Virus record (IMG/VR): IMGVR_UViG_3300012171_000004
Span: 1-28,276 of that record
Direction: 5' to 3' (one strand)
Source of the DNA: a virus
Lineage: Duplodnaviria > Caudoviricetes
DNA: 28,276 bases
Part shown: one piece after another, positions 16,965-24,767 of the stretch
How the letters are laid out: each line of letters begins with the position of its first letter
How positions within the stretch are numbered: position 1 is the first letter of the stretch
The notes under the pieces: generated by a model
The model's database searches: none
Told to the model about the DNA's origin: nothing
What the model saw: only the letters and a program-made list of their open reading frames with translations
Translations under genes and position numbers: made by a program

Positions 16965-17240
16965 ATGAATCATTCGGTGAAGTACGTCGAAGGCCGGGTT
17001 CACACGAACGGGCTGGAGAATTTCTGGAGTCTGTTGAAGCGATGCGTTCGCGGAACCTGGGTCCACGTTGCGCCGTTCCACTTGCAGCGCTATCTCGACG
17101 AACAATGCTGGCGATTCAATTTCCGCAAGCTCACCGATGGGCAGCGATTCAGCGCGGTCATGAAAGGTGTTCTCGGCAGACGGATCACGCGGCGCTTGTT
17201 GTGCGCCGAAGGCGATGCCGGATTTATGGGGATCGAGTGA
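16965..17240 (+). pseudogene. IS1595 transposase C-terminal 91 aa
   Basis: HTNGLENFWSLLKR..GDAGFMGIE, homologous to the two full transposases. Confidence 0.9.
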
Positions 17241-17380
17241 TGACGAAATCCAAGGATCGGAAGGAGTTCGACAAGGCAATGGCGGCGCTAGTCCAGGTGC
17301 CGAAAACGGAAATGGACGACGCTCTACGCAAAGAGCGAGAGGCGAAGGCCAAAGCCAAGAAAAAGCGCAAACGAAAGTGA
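17240..17380 (+). CDS. Small basic IS-associated protein
   Basis: MTKSKDRKEFDKAMAALVQVPKTEMDD..KKKRKRK; TGATG coupling to the transposase. Confidence 0.7.
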   Translation: MTKSKDRKEFDKAMAALVQVPKTEMDDALRKEREAKAKAKKKRKRK

Positions 17381-17446
17381 AAAACAGAGTGTCCATTGTT
17401 GCCCTACTGGTTCGCCTTACCTTGATGCGTCAAGTATGTCATTGCC

Positions 17447-17619
17447 AAAGCATTCGATAGTCTCGCGAAGAAATTGGCGCAGGTTCCGCGCAATCTCGTT
17501 GATGCTGCCGAGCAGCGACACGAGAAAAAGAAGCAACAGAAGAAAAAGAAGCGGAAATCATAGTTCGGTATTAGCCTTGCTCGCTGACCCCGGTTGGTGA
17601 GCCAGGTATCCAAACCGCC
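17447..17619 (+). mobile_element. Remnant right end of a fourth related element
   Basis: 17447-17563 encodes KAFDSLAKKLAQVPRNLVD..KKKKRKS*, followed by a degenerate end TGGTGAGCCAGGTATCCAAACCGCC. Confidence 0.6.
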
Positions 17620-17966
17620 CACGGCCCCCGAAGTGAGCAAAGAGAACTCGAACTCACTGAGGGAAGAAAACTCCCGTCGAAAACGCGAAAAGTGCCAGGC
17701 CACGCGATACAATGGCGGCAAAGGAGTTGAACATGTCCCTGAACGAACGCCTAACAAAATACGGAATTCGGTGCAGAGTCTTCACGTACGCGCGTTGCGG
17801 CTGCGTCGGCCCCGGCAACTGGGTCGCATGCCAGAAGTGCGACACCGAAGCAGCCACGGCCAATCCCAAAGAAAGGCAATTATCCATTTGACTCACCACG
17901 GTCAAACCTGTCACATTGACAGGCGCACTATTTCGAGAAATCTTGTCGGATAACTGAATTATACAC

Positions 17967-17994
17967 TTGACGCACCACGCTTTTCTGTTAGAAT
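17967..17994 (+). promoter_or_regulatory. Sigma70-type promoter overlapping an internal copy of the IR core
   Basis: TTGACG-16 nt-TAGAAT; the -35 lies in AATTATACACTTGACGCACCACG. Confidence 0.7.
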
Positions 17995-18073
17995 GTAGGT
18001 GTCAGGACGAATCCTGACGACGCGGTTCGGGCGAGTCCGAACGGTAGGGCTGACAACCCTGGGAGATTGAGCA

Positions 18074-18391
18074 ATGACAAAGAAAAAAGCAGAGTCCGGC
18101 AAGTCCGCGACCCACACTCCTGGTCCTTGGAAATTCATCGAAGGCGACCGGGATCGCATGGCGATGAGCGATGTTGTCTTGGAATCTGATGATGAATTCC
18201 GCATCGCTTACGTTCTTTGCGAATTCAGAAGTGAGCAAGCCCGCGCAACCGACATTGCGAATGCGCGCCTGATCGCCAGCGCGCCGGACTTGCTTGAAGT
18301 TCTGGAAATGGTCGCAACCCTGGATCGCGCCACGACTGCTGGCGAGAAACGTAAAATCGCGGCAGTTATCGCCAAAGCGAAGGGGGCGTGA
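18074..18391 (+). CDS. Phage-type cargo protein (HTPGPW..ANARLIAxAPDLLE family)
   Basis: GGGAG RBS; motif widespread in small phage proteins. Confidence 0.75.
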   Translation: MTKKKAESGKSATHTPGPWKFIEGDRDRMAMSDVVLESDDEFRIAYVLCEFRSEQARATDIANARLIASAPDLLEVLEMVATLDRATTAGEKRKIAAVIAKAKGA

Positions 18392-18394
18392 ACT

Positions 18395-18820
18395 ATGAGG
18401 ATCAAGAAATCCAAATTGGTCGCTCGCGACGAAGTTAATTCGTTGTTGTCGTTTCTGCGCGACTACTCCCGCGCCAAACGCGGCTCGGCTATGGCGCTCA
18501 TCCGAGAGCTTCGCCTGGCTATCCGGCAGGCGAATCACGGACAGAGCGGTGAACTTGAGGACGGGAGCGACGACTATTGTCCTTCGCTGGCGGAAGGCGA
18601 CGTTTTGCTCGCGATCCTGAACATGGTCGAACGAGACTTTGGAATCAAGGTTTCCAGCCTGGACCGTGTTGGGCGCTGTGATTGGGAAATCCTCGATCAC
18701 GTCGAAAAGAAGGTCGAACATTCGGACGAGTGCAAGGCCATCCAGCCGATGCTGTCCGGCACCGACACGAGCGGTTGTCACGCTAACTGCCCTGTTGCCA
18801 AAGCGAAAGGTGGTGCGTAA
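18395..18820 (+). CDS. Hypothetical cargo protein
   Basis: 141 aa, 3-nt gap to the upstream gene. Confidence 0.7.
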   Translation: MRIKKSKLVARDEVNSLLSFLRDYSRAKRGSAMALIRELRLAIRQANHGQSGELEDGSDDYCPSLAEGDVLLAILNMVERDFGIKVSSLDRVGRCDWEILDHVEKKVEHSDECKAIQPMLSGTDTSGCHANCPVAKAKGGA

Positions 18821-19069
18821 ATGGCGAAGAAAAAACAGATGTCCGCGACCGACCTTGCCAAACTCTGCCAGTCGCTCAACGTGCCCGACGAGGCATTCGA
18901 CGGCGATCTGCGCGACGCCGCCGACGACGCAGCGGAATTGATTTTCGAGACCGTCAAAGGTCAGGATTGGGATGAAAAGTTCCAATTCCTGATGGACCAC
19001 GGCTTTCAACCGGGGCGATTGCAACAGTTGATTGAGGAGTACGCCAACACCGGCGGTAATCCTCTGTGA
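18821..19069 (+). CDS. Small acidic cargo protein
   Basis: AGGTGG RBS; abuts the upstream stop; D/E-rich core. Confidence 0.7.
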   Translation: MAKKKQMSATDLAKLCQSLNVPDEAFDGDLRDAADDAAELIFETVKGQDWDEKFQFLMDHGFQPGRLQQLIEEYANTGGNPL

Positions 19070-19153
19070 CGAAACCCCTCCCGCGCGGTGCGGGCTGTCA
19101 ACCTGCCAGTCGCAAGACTGAAAGCCGCGCGGGAGACATTTTTCGAGAACAGC

Positions 19154-19456
19154 ATGACTAATGAACAATGGAAAGAACGCCTGCTGCGAGACACCAGCAG
19201 AGGCGGCTTGTCCGATTACAAAATCAGCGATTTGCGACGTGCAGCGAAAGAGGCAGGCGCGACCGTCGAGCGAGACTCGGAAGGACGATACACCGTCTAT
19301 CAAATCATTGCGCCAGAAGGAAAGCTGTGGGCCGATGGCGCATGCTCCGCAATGCGTGTTGAATGGCTCACTGGATACGGAGATTTCCGCAGTCTCTCGA
19401 TTGGCGGCGCAATTCAGCGCATGGAAGCTGGTTTCATTGACGACGAAGGGGAATGA
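19154..19456 (+). CDS. Hypothetical cargo protein
   Basis: ATG after a structured spacer; 100 aa. Confidence 0.65.
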   Translation: MTNEQWKERLLRDTSRGGLSDYKISDLRRAAKEAGATVERDSEGRYTVYQIIAPEGKLWADGACSAMRVEWLTGYGDFRSLSIGGAIQRMEAGFIDDEGE

Positions 19457-19459
19457 ACC

Positions 19460-20431
19460 ATGAACGACGAAGGCCCGCAAACCCTGATCGAAGCCGTGAA
19501 ACACTTCGCCGACTTGACGCTGTGCCACAAGCTGATGGTCAACCTCAAGTGGCCAGACGGCAAAATCGTCTGCCCGAAATGCGGCGGGGACAAAATCGGG
19601 ATGATTGCAACTCGCTCGCTCCTGCGATGCAACACGAAGGGATGCCGGAAGCAGTTTAGCGCCAAGGTCGGAACCATCTTCGAGGATTCGCCTCTCGGCT
19701 TGGATAAGTGGTTCGTCGCTGTGTGGTGCATTGCCAACGCCAAGAACGGCATCAGCTCGTGCGAGCTGGCGCGGGCTCTTGGCGTGCGCCAGCCTACCGC
19801 GTGGTTCATGCTCCATCGCGTTCGGCTCGCGATGAATACTCCATCGGGCCGCAAGTTTCACAACGTTGTCGAGTCCGACGAAACCTACATCGGCGGCGCT
19901 GCTGCGAACATGCACAAGGCGAAGCGCGAGAAAGTCATCAAGGGCCGTGGCGGAGTCGGCAAGGTCATCGTGCAGGGATTGCTGGAGCGCGGCAACAAAG
20001 ACGACGTTAGCCAGGTCAAGGCCACGGTTGTCCCGAACGTTGAGCAAATCACGCTGATGGGCGAATTGATGCGCCACGTCGAACCCAACACGTTCGTCTG
20101 TACGGATAGTTCCCTGAGCTACGCCAATCTCGCGGCCCGATACGTTCACGAATTCGTCGATCATTCGGTGCAATACGTGCGCGGCAAAGTCCACACGAAC
20201 GGGCTTGAAAATTTCTGGTCGCTTTTGAAACGGATGATCCGGGGAACCTACGTCAGTGTTGCGCCATTCCACTTGCAGCGGTATCTCGACGAAGAGGTTT
20301 GGCGCTACAACCAACGGAAGCTGAACGATGGACGACAGTTCGCTCTGGCGATGAAAGGCACCATCGGAAAACGCATCACGTACCGGCTGCTCTGTGCGGT
20401 CGGGGACGCTGGTTTCATGGGGATCGAATGA
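19460..20431 (+). CDS. IS1595-family DDE transposase
   Basis: CPKC..CNTKGC, HTH, ESDETY, TDSS, HTNGLENFWSLLKR; clearly homologous but not identical to 8116-9096. Confidence 0.96.
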   Translation: MNDEGPQTLIEAVKHFADLTLCHKLMVNLKWPDGKIVCPKCGGDKIGMIATRSLLRCNTKGCRKQFSAKVGTIFEDSPLGLDKWFVAVWCIANAKNGISSCELARALGVRQPTAWFMLHRVRLAMNTPSGRKFHNVVESDETYIGGAAANMHKAKREKVIKGRGGVGKVIVQGLLERGNKDDVSQVKATVVPNVEQITLMGELMRHVEPNTFVCTDSSLSYANLAARYVHEFVDHSVQYVRGKVHTNGLENFWSLLKRMIRGTYVSVAPFHLQRYLDEEVWRYNQRKLNDGRQFALAMKGTIGKRITYRLLCAVGDAGFMGIE

Positions 20432-20664
20432 TGAGCAAGTGCAAGGAATGCAACGGGCTTGGCGACCATTCAAACGCGGCCCTTGGAAGAGGATCGTCGC
20501 ACCCATGCCCTCGGTGTGGCGGAACTGGCGTTGAGCCAAAGCAGAAACCGACTGGCGGCAAGGCGTTCGATGCGCTGGCATCGGCGCTTGTGCGCGTTCC
20601 GAAAGCGGAAGTCGATCAAGCGGCAAAACGATACCGAGCAAAACGGCGAAAAAAGAAAAAATGA
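20428..20664 (+). CDS. Small basic IS-associated protein with N-terminal CxxCxGxG Zn finger
   Basis: CKECNGLG..CPRCGGTG, then KPTGGKAFDALASALVRVPKAEVD..KKKK. Confidence 0.7.
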   Translation: MMSKCKECNGLGDHSNAALGRGSSHPCPRCGGTGVEPKQKPTGGKAFDALASALVRVPKAEVDQAAKRYRAKRRKKKK

Positions 20665-20867
20665 ACGTCATTGGTTTAGCCTTTGCTGTCATCGCGGTTT
20701 GGTGAGTCAAATGGATAATTGCCCAAAGAAACCATCGCGCCGACGGACGAACCAACCGCCGACGCCGACAAGCCGACGCTCATCAGCAAGGAACCGGAAT
20801 GACCACGAACATAGACGACCGAATCGACCAAGTCCTTTTCCCGTTGGGACGAACGCGCTAGACCAGC

Positions 20868-23360
20868 ATGGACAACACCGACCCGCAAGGCCGCAAGAAA
20901 CGCAACCGCGCCAGCCGTCAGGAGCGCGGCTACGACGCCGATTGGTATCGCCTGCAAGCCGAGCACTTGGCGAAACATCCCGTCTGTGTCTGGCTCAATC
21001 CGGACGGCACGCCATGCGGCAAGGCAGCGACCCAGGCTGACCATATCCGCCCGTTCGACGCGAAAGACCCGCTGAGCGACCCGCTGCGGCTCGATCCGAA
21101 CAATTTGCAATCGCTTTGCATCGTCTGCCACGCAAAGAAAACCGCCGAGGACCAACGCGCCAAGTCCAAGCCCGGCCCGAAGGCAATCTACACGCCGGAG
21201 GAGCGAGCTGACCGCGAGCGCGAGCGATCGCGCCGTTTTCGCGAGCAACAGACGAGGACCGGCCAGGAAATCGGGTCGCTGCCTGAAGTGAAGAATTGGG
21301 CGCGTCGCGAGGCGTGTTTGGCCGATCCGGAGAAGTTCTTGCGCGAGTATTTCGGGTTTTGGCCATACTTCTACAAGCCATTCTGTCGCGATCACTTGAA
21401 GGTCATCGAAAAGGGAGAGGACGCGCTTCGCAACGGCGGCAACTTCGCCATCGCCGAACCGCGCGGACACGGCAAGACAACCAAGTGCCGCGGACTGTCC
21501 ATCCGCGGTCTCGCCTATGGCTTCCGACAGTTCGGCTTGTTCGTCGGTGCCGCCAGCGGTCTCGCGCGTCGTTCGCTTAACGCGATCAAGAAAATGATGG
21601 TGGAAAGCAAGTTGTTTCGCGAGGACTTCCCCGAAATCACTTTTTCCGTGCTGGCACTCGGCGGATCGATCAATCGGCAAAAGGGCCAAATGTGCTGCGG
21701 CCAGCCGACCGGCGTTATCTGGTCGAATGAGTACCTTCGCTTCCCGCGCTTGCCAGCGCAGCCGTCGATGCGAGATGAGCAGCACAAGAGCGGCGGGGCG
21801 ATCCTGTTTCCGAGCGGCATTCTCGGCAGCGCAATCACCGGCCTGAACATCGACGGCATTCGTCCCGATCTTGTCGTATGGGATGATCCGCAAACCCGCG
21901 AGTCTGCAATGAAGGATAGCGCGTGTCAAAAACGCGAAGAGATCATCGACGCGACAGTTACGGGCCTGGCCGCGCCGGGCCGGCGCCTTGCGTGCTTCAT
22001 GCCGCTCACTGTCATCCGCGAAAATGATTTGGCTGATCGCTACTTGAATCACACGCTCCATCCTGAGTGGGCGATCGAGCGCACGGCGATTTTGCATTCT
22101 TTCCCTTCGTCAACGCGAAAGAATCCAGAGCAGCCATCGGCGATGGAATTGTGGGAACACAACGCGGAGATCCGCCGCAACTACAATCCGCACGCCGGCC
22201 CCGACGACAAGGCGCGTGCCGCGCGCGAGGCGACGGAGCACTACATCGACAATCAGGCGGCGATGGATGACGGCGCCGTCGCGAGCTGGGAGGATCGTTA
22301 CTTCGAAGATGAAGTTTCGGCAATTCAGATGGCGATGAACATGCACGCGGACAACCGCCGATCGTTCTTTGCCGAGATGATGAACAAGCCGTTGCCGCCC
22401 GAGGGCTTCAACAAGAAGCTGACGGCGGACGAGATTTGCGGCAAACTCAGCGGTGTCGCACGTGAGGTCGTGCCGCTAGACTGCTCGGTGATGACGGCAT
22501 TTATTGACGTGCAGAAAAAGGCTCTCTACTGGATCGTCTGCGGCTGGAAAGAGGATTTCACCGGGTACGTTATCGATTACGGGACGTATCCGAAGCAGGG
22601 GCGGCCGTACTTTACGCTCTCCGATATCTCGACGACGCTGGAACGATTCTTGGACATGAAGGGGGCGGTTGAAGAGGCACCGATTCGCAAGGGTTTGGAA
22701 AACCTGACGACGATCTTGATGACTCGCGAGTGGTCGCGCGAAAACCAGCAGCCGCAAAAAATCGACTTCATGTTGATCGACAGCGGCAAATGGTCCACGA
22801 TGGTCTATGAATTCTGCCGACGCTCGCAATTCTCGCCGCGCGTGCTACCGTCAAAGGGCATCTACTTCGGCGCCGGCTCGAAGAAGGCGACGGGCGAGGG
22901 CACGCTGAAGCCCGGCGACAAAGCGGGTTGGCATTGGTCGCTGCCCGCGGCGAAGGACGAACGCGGCGTGAAGCTCATGCTCTACGACACCAATCCGTAC
23001 AAGAGCCTGATTCACAAGTTGCTCGCGACGTCCATCAAGTCGCCCGGTGCGCTTTCTCTATTTGGCCGAGACCCATCGGCGCATAGAATGTTAGCGGACC
23101 ACTTGCTCGCAGAGCAGGGCGACAACAAAACGAGCGAGCGCACCAGCCGGACGGTTGAAGAGTGGACGCCAAAAGTCGGCGAACCCGACAATCATTTTCT
23201 GGATTGCCTCGCTGGCGCGGCTGTGGCCGCTGGAGCGCAGGGAGTCGCCCTGGATGGCGTGTTCCGTTCGACGAAACCAAAGCCGCGCGGGCCGCGTAAG
23301 ACTATTGACCAGATCAAGGCGGAACGGGCGGCGGCACGCCGCGAGAAAGTTGGAGTGTAA
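20868..23360 (+). CDS. Terminase large subunit (GpA-like nuclease domain) with N-terminal HNH endonuclease
   Basis: RGYDADW..DHIRP..NLQSLCIVCHAKKT (HNH); Walker A PRGHGKTT; Walker B LVVWDD; nuclease motifs FIDVQ, LIDSG, NHFLDC. Confidence 0.88.
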   Translation: MDNTDPQGRKKRNRASRQERGYDADWYRLQAEHLAKHPVCVWLNPDGTPCGKAATQADHIRPFDAKDPLSDPLRLDPNNLQSLCIVCHAKKTAEDQRAKSKPGPKAIYTPEERADRERERSRRFREQQTRTGQEIGSLPEVKNWARREACLADPEKFLREYFGFWPYFYKPFCRDHLKVIEKGEDALRNGGNFAIAEPRGHGKTTKCRGLSIRGLAYGFRQFGLFVGAASGLARRSLNAIKKMMVESKLFREDFPEITFSVLALGGSINRQKGQMCCGQPTGVIWSNEYLRFPRLPAQPSMRDEQHKSGGAILFPSGILGSAITGLNIDGIRPDLVVWDDPQTRESAMKDSACQKREEIIDATVTGLAAPGRRLACFMPLTVIRENDLADRYLNHTLHPEWAIERTAILHSFPSSTRKNPEQPSAMELWEHNAEIRRNYNPHAGPDDKARAAREATEHYIDNQAAMDDGAVASWEDRYFEDEVSAIQMAMNMHADNRRSFFAEMMNKPLPPEGFNKKLTADEICGKLSGVAREVVPLDCSVMTAFIDVQKKALYWIVCGWKEDFTGYVIDYGTYPKQGRPYFTLSDISTTLERFLDMKGAVEEAPIRKGLENLTTILMTREWSRENQQPQKIDFMLIDSGKWSTMVYEFCRRSQFSPRVLPSKGIYFGAGSKKATGEGTLKPGDKAGWHWSLPAAKDERGVKLMLYDTNPYKSLIHKLLATSIKSPGALSLFGRDPSAHRMLADHLLAEQGDNKTSERTSRTVEEWTPKVGEPDNHFLDCLAGAAVAAGAQGVALDGVFRSTKPKPRGPRKTIDQIKAERAAARREKVGV

Positions 23361-23376
23361 ACGAAGGGAGTCACCC

Positions 23377-24318
23377 ATGCCCGACGCAACCTTTGCCCGC
23401 GAAGCCCAAACCGCTCAAGTTACGGTCGAGAACGCCGCGAACGCGAACGAACTCCGCGAAGGCCCAGCCGGCCGCGCTGAATATCTTCAAGGCTCGTCCG
23501 CCGCCATCGCCGGCCAGAACTACAACTACAAAGACATCGACAAGATCGTCATCACAAAGCCCACCGGCATGTCATTTCTGAACGGCGGCCGCGTCTGGTG
23601 GGACCGCACGAACCGCCGCGCTCACTTCAAGCGCAGCGGCAACCGCGATAGCTATCTCGGCACGTCCGTTGGCGACGCGGCGGCGGATGCAACGTCAATG
23701 ACGGTGGATCTGAACAAGCAGCCGTATTATCACATCGACCTACTCAATCCAGATTGGACGAAGGCCAACACCGACGGCCTGGGCGTGACCGAGCTTCGCG
23801 GCGGCGCGGTTCAACTTGCGTTCGATGCCGTCGCGGAAGTGGCGATGGCGAGCATCATCGGGACGATTCCATTCGACGTGGCGGGCAATCCGATCCTGGA
23901 AGGCAAGATCATCATTGTTGATAACGGCGACAACGCCGCGCTCGACGTCGACTTTGGTCTTGCCAGTGGTTCGCACGGGGCGGACTTCGAAACGATCGCC
24001 GAATTCGTCGCGTTCCACATCGACGGCAACACGCTCGACATCAAGGCTCATTCCGACGACACGGCGACGGATGTAACGATCGTTGATACAACGCTGAACT
24101 TCGTCGAAGGCACGGCGTTTGAATTCTGGATCGACTGCCGCGACCGCGATAACTGCAAGCTGTACGTTGACGGCGTGCGCGTGCTGCCGTCCACGGCGTT
24201 CAAGCTGACGGCGGCAACGGGGCCGCTCTTTCCGATTTGCCTGATGGAGAAGACGAGCGACGACACGCCGGCGGATGTGCGGCTGGTGGAATGTCGCGTC
24301 CGAACATCGGAGCAATAA
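23377..24318 (+). CDS. DUF2190-like capsid cement protein with C-terminal beta-rich extension
   Basis: GGGAG RBS; K..G..F..G..VWWD..YLG..V.DAAA.AT..V.LN pattern in the first ~113 aa. Confidence 0.6.
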   Translation: MPDATFAREAQTAQVTVENAANANELREGPAGRAEYLQGSSAAIAGQNYNYKDIDKIVITKPTGMSFLNGGRVWWDRTNRRAHFKRSGNRDSYLGTSVGDAAADATSMTVDLNKQPYYHIDLLNPDWTKANTDGLGVTELRGGAVQLAFDAVAEVAMASIIGTIPFDVAGNPILEGKIIIVDNGDNAALDVDFGLASGSHGADFETIAEFVAFHIDGNTLDIKAHSDDTATDVTIVDTTLNFVEGTAFEFWIDCRDRDNCKLYVDGVRVLPSTAFKLTAATGPLFPICLMEKTSDDTPADVRLVECRVRTSEQ

Positions 24319-24435
24319 TGATGGACATCGTGATGCTGAAAAAACACGCTGCATCAAAAAGGCGTCGGCGTCAGGCGATGGTTCGAGCTATAAACGAGGC
24401 GCACGCGGAATCGAAGCGCCGACGAGACACGAAAT

Positions 24436-24648
24436 GTGGCTGAAACAAAAACAAACGGCCAAGTTCCGCGTGGCGTGCGATGCTCGCGGTGCGGGTGCTG
24501 TGACTTGAGAGTCTACAAAACCGCGAACCTGCCGAACGGTGCGATTCGCCGATATCGTCGATGCAGGCATTGCGGCAAGAATTTGACGACGATTGAGAAG
24601 CCACTTGCGGAGGCCGATTCTAACTCTTCGCCAACTCCAACAACTTGA
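24436..24648 (+). CDS. Zn-ribbon protein (NrdR N-terminus / Ogr-like)
   Basis: CSRCG..LRVYKT..IRRYRRCRHCG..TTIE. Confidence 0.7.
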   Translation: MAETKTNGQVPRGVRCSRCGCCDLRVYKTANLPNGAIRRYRRCRHCGKNLTTIEKPLAEADSNSSPTPTT

Positions 24649-24737
24649 CCAGCGCCCACGTCACGAAAAACGCCACCGGGAATGGGATGCCGCTAATGGC
24701 AAACCTGAAAATCTCGCATAGTTTCGCCTATCGACGC

Positions 24738-24767
24738 TTGACATGCGATAGGCACATCCTCTACACT
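24738..24767 (+). promoter_or_regulatory. Putative promoter for head genes, -35 bracketed by an inverted repeat
   Basis: TTGACA-18 nt-TACACT; GCCTATCG...CGATAGGC flanks the -35. Confidence 0.5.

Larger units (their letters stand above)
16472..17446 (+). mobile_element. Internally deleted IS1595-family element (element 2, 975 bp)
   Basis: Ends GGCATTAACATACTTGACGCATCA (16472) and TGATGCGTCAAGTATGTCATTGCC (to 17446); contains a transposase C-terminus; no TSD. Confidence 0.8.
18002..20671 (-). other. Element-spanning antisense ORF (889 codons), codon-aligned with the element 3 genes
   Basis: Part of ORF 18002-20755; ATG at 20671 preceded by AAAGG. Translation unproven. Confidence 0.5.
17875..20723 (+). 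mobile_element. IS1595-family transposon with passenger genes (element 3, 2849 bp)
   Basis: Perfect 24-bp IR GGCAATTATCCATTTGACTCACCA; 8-bp TSD CAAAGAAA at 17867-74 and 20724-31. Confidence 0.96.
17733..20802 (+). pseudogene. 70-aa Cys-containing ORF split by element 3 (17733-17874 joined to 20732-20802)
   Basis: AAGGAG RBS; removing the element and one TSD copy restores MSLNERL..CQKC..NPKE/TIAP..KEPE*. Confidence 0.65.

Noticed and set aside
19060-19135. Possible hammerhead ribozyme (stem followed by GAAA)
   Set aside because: No CUGANGA core in the required position.
20676-22097. 473-aa antisense ORF over the terminase (also 25015-26094 over the portal)
   Set aside because: Ordinary GC-rich shadow frames, essentially confined to one gene and broken by stops; used as background for the element-spanning ORFs.
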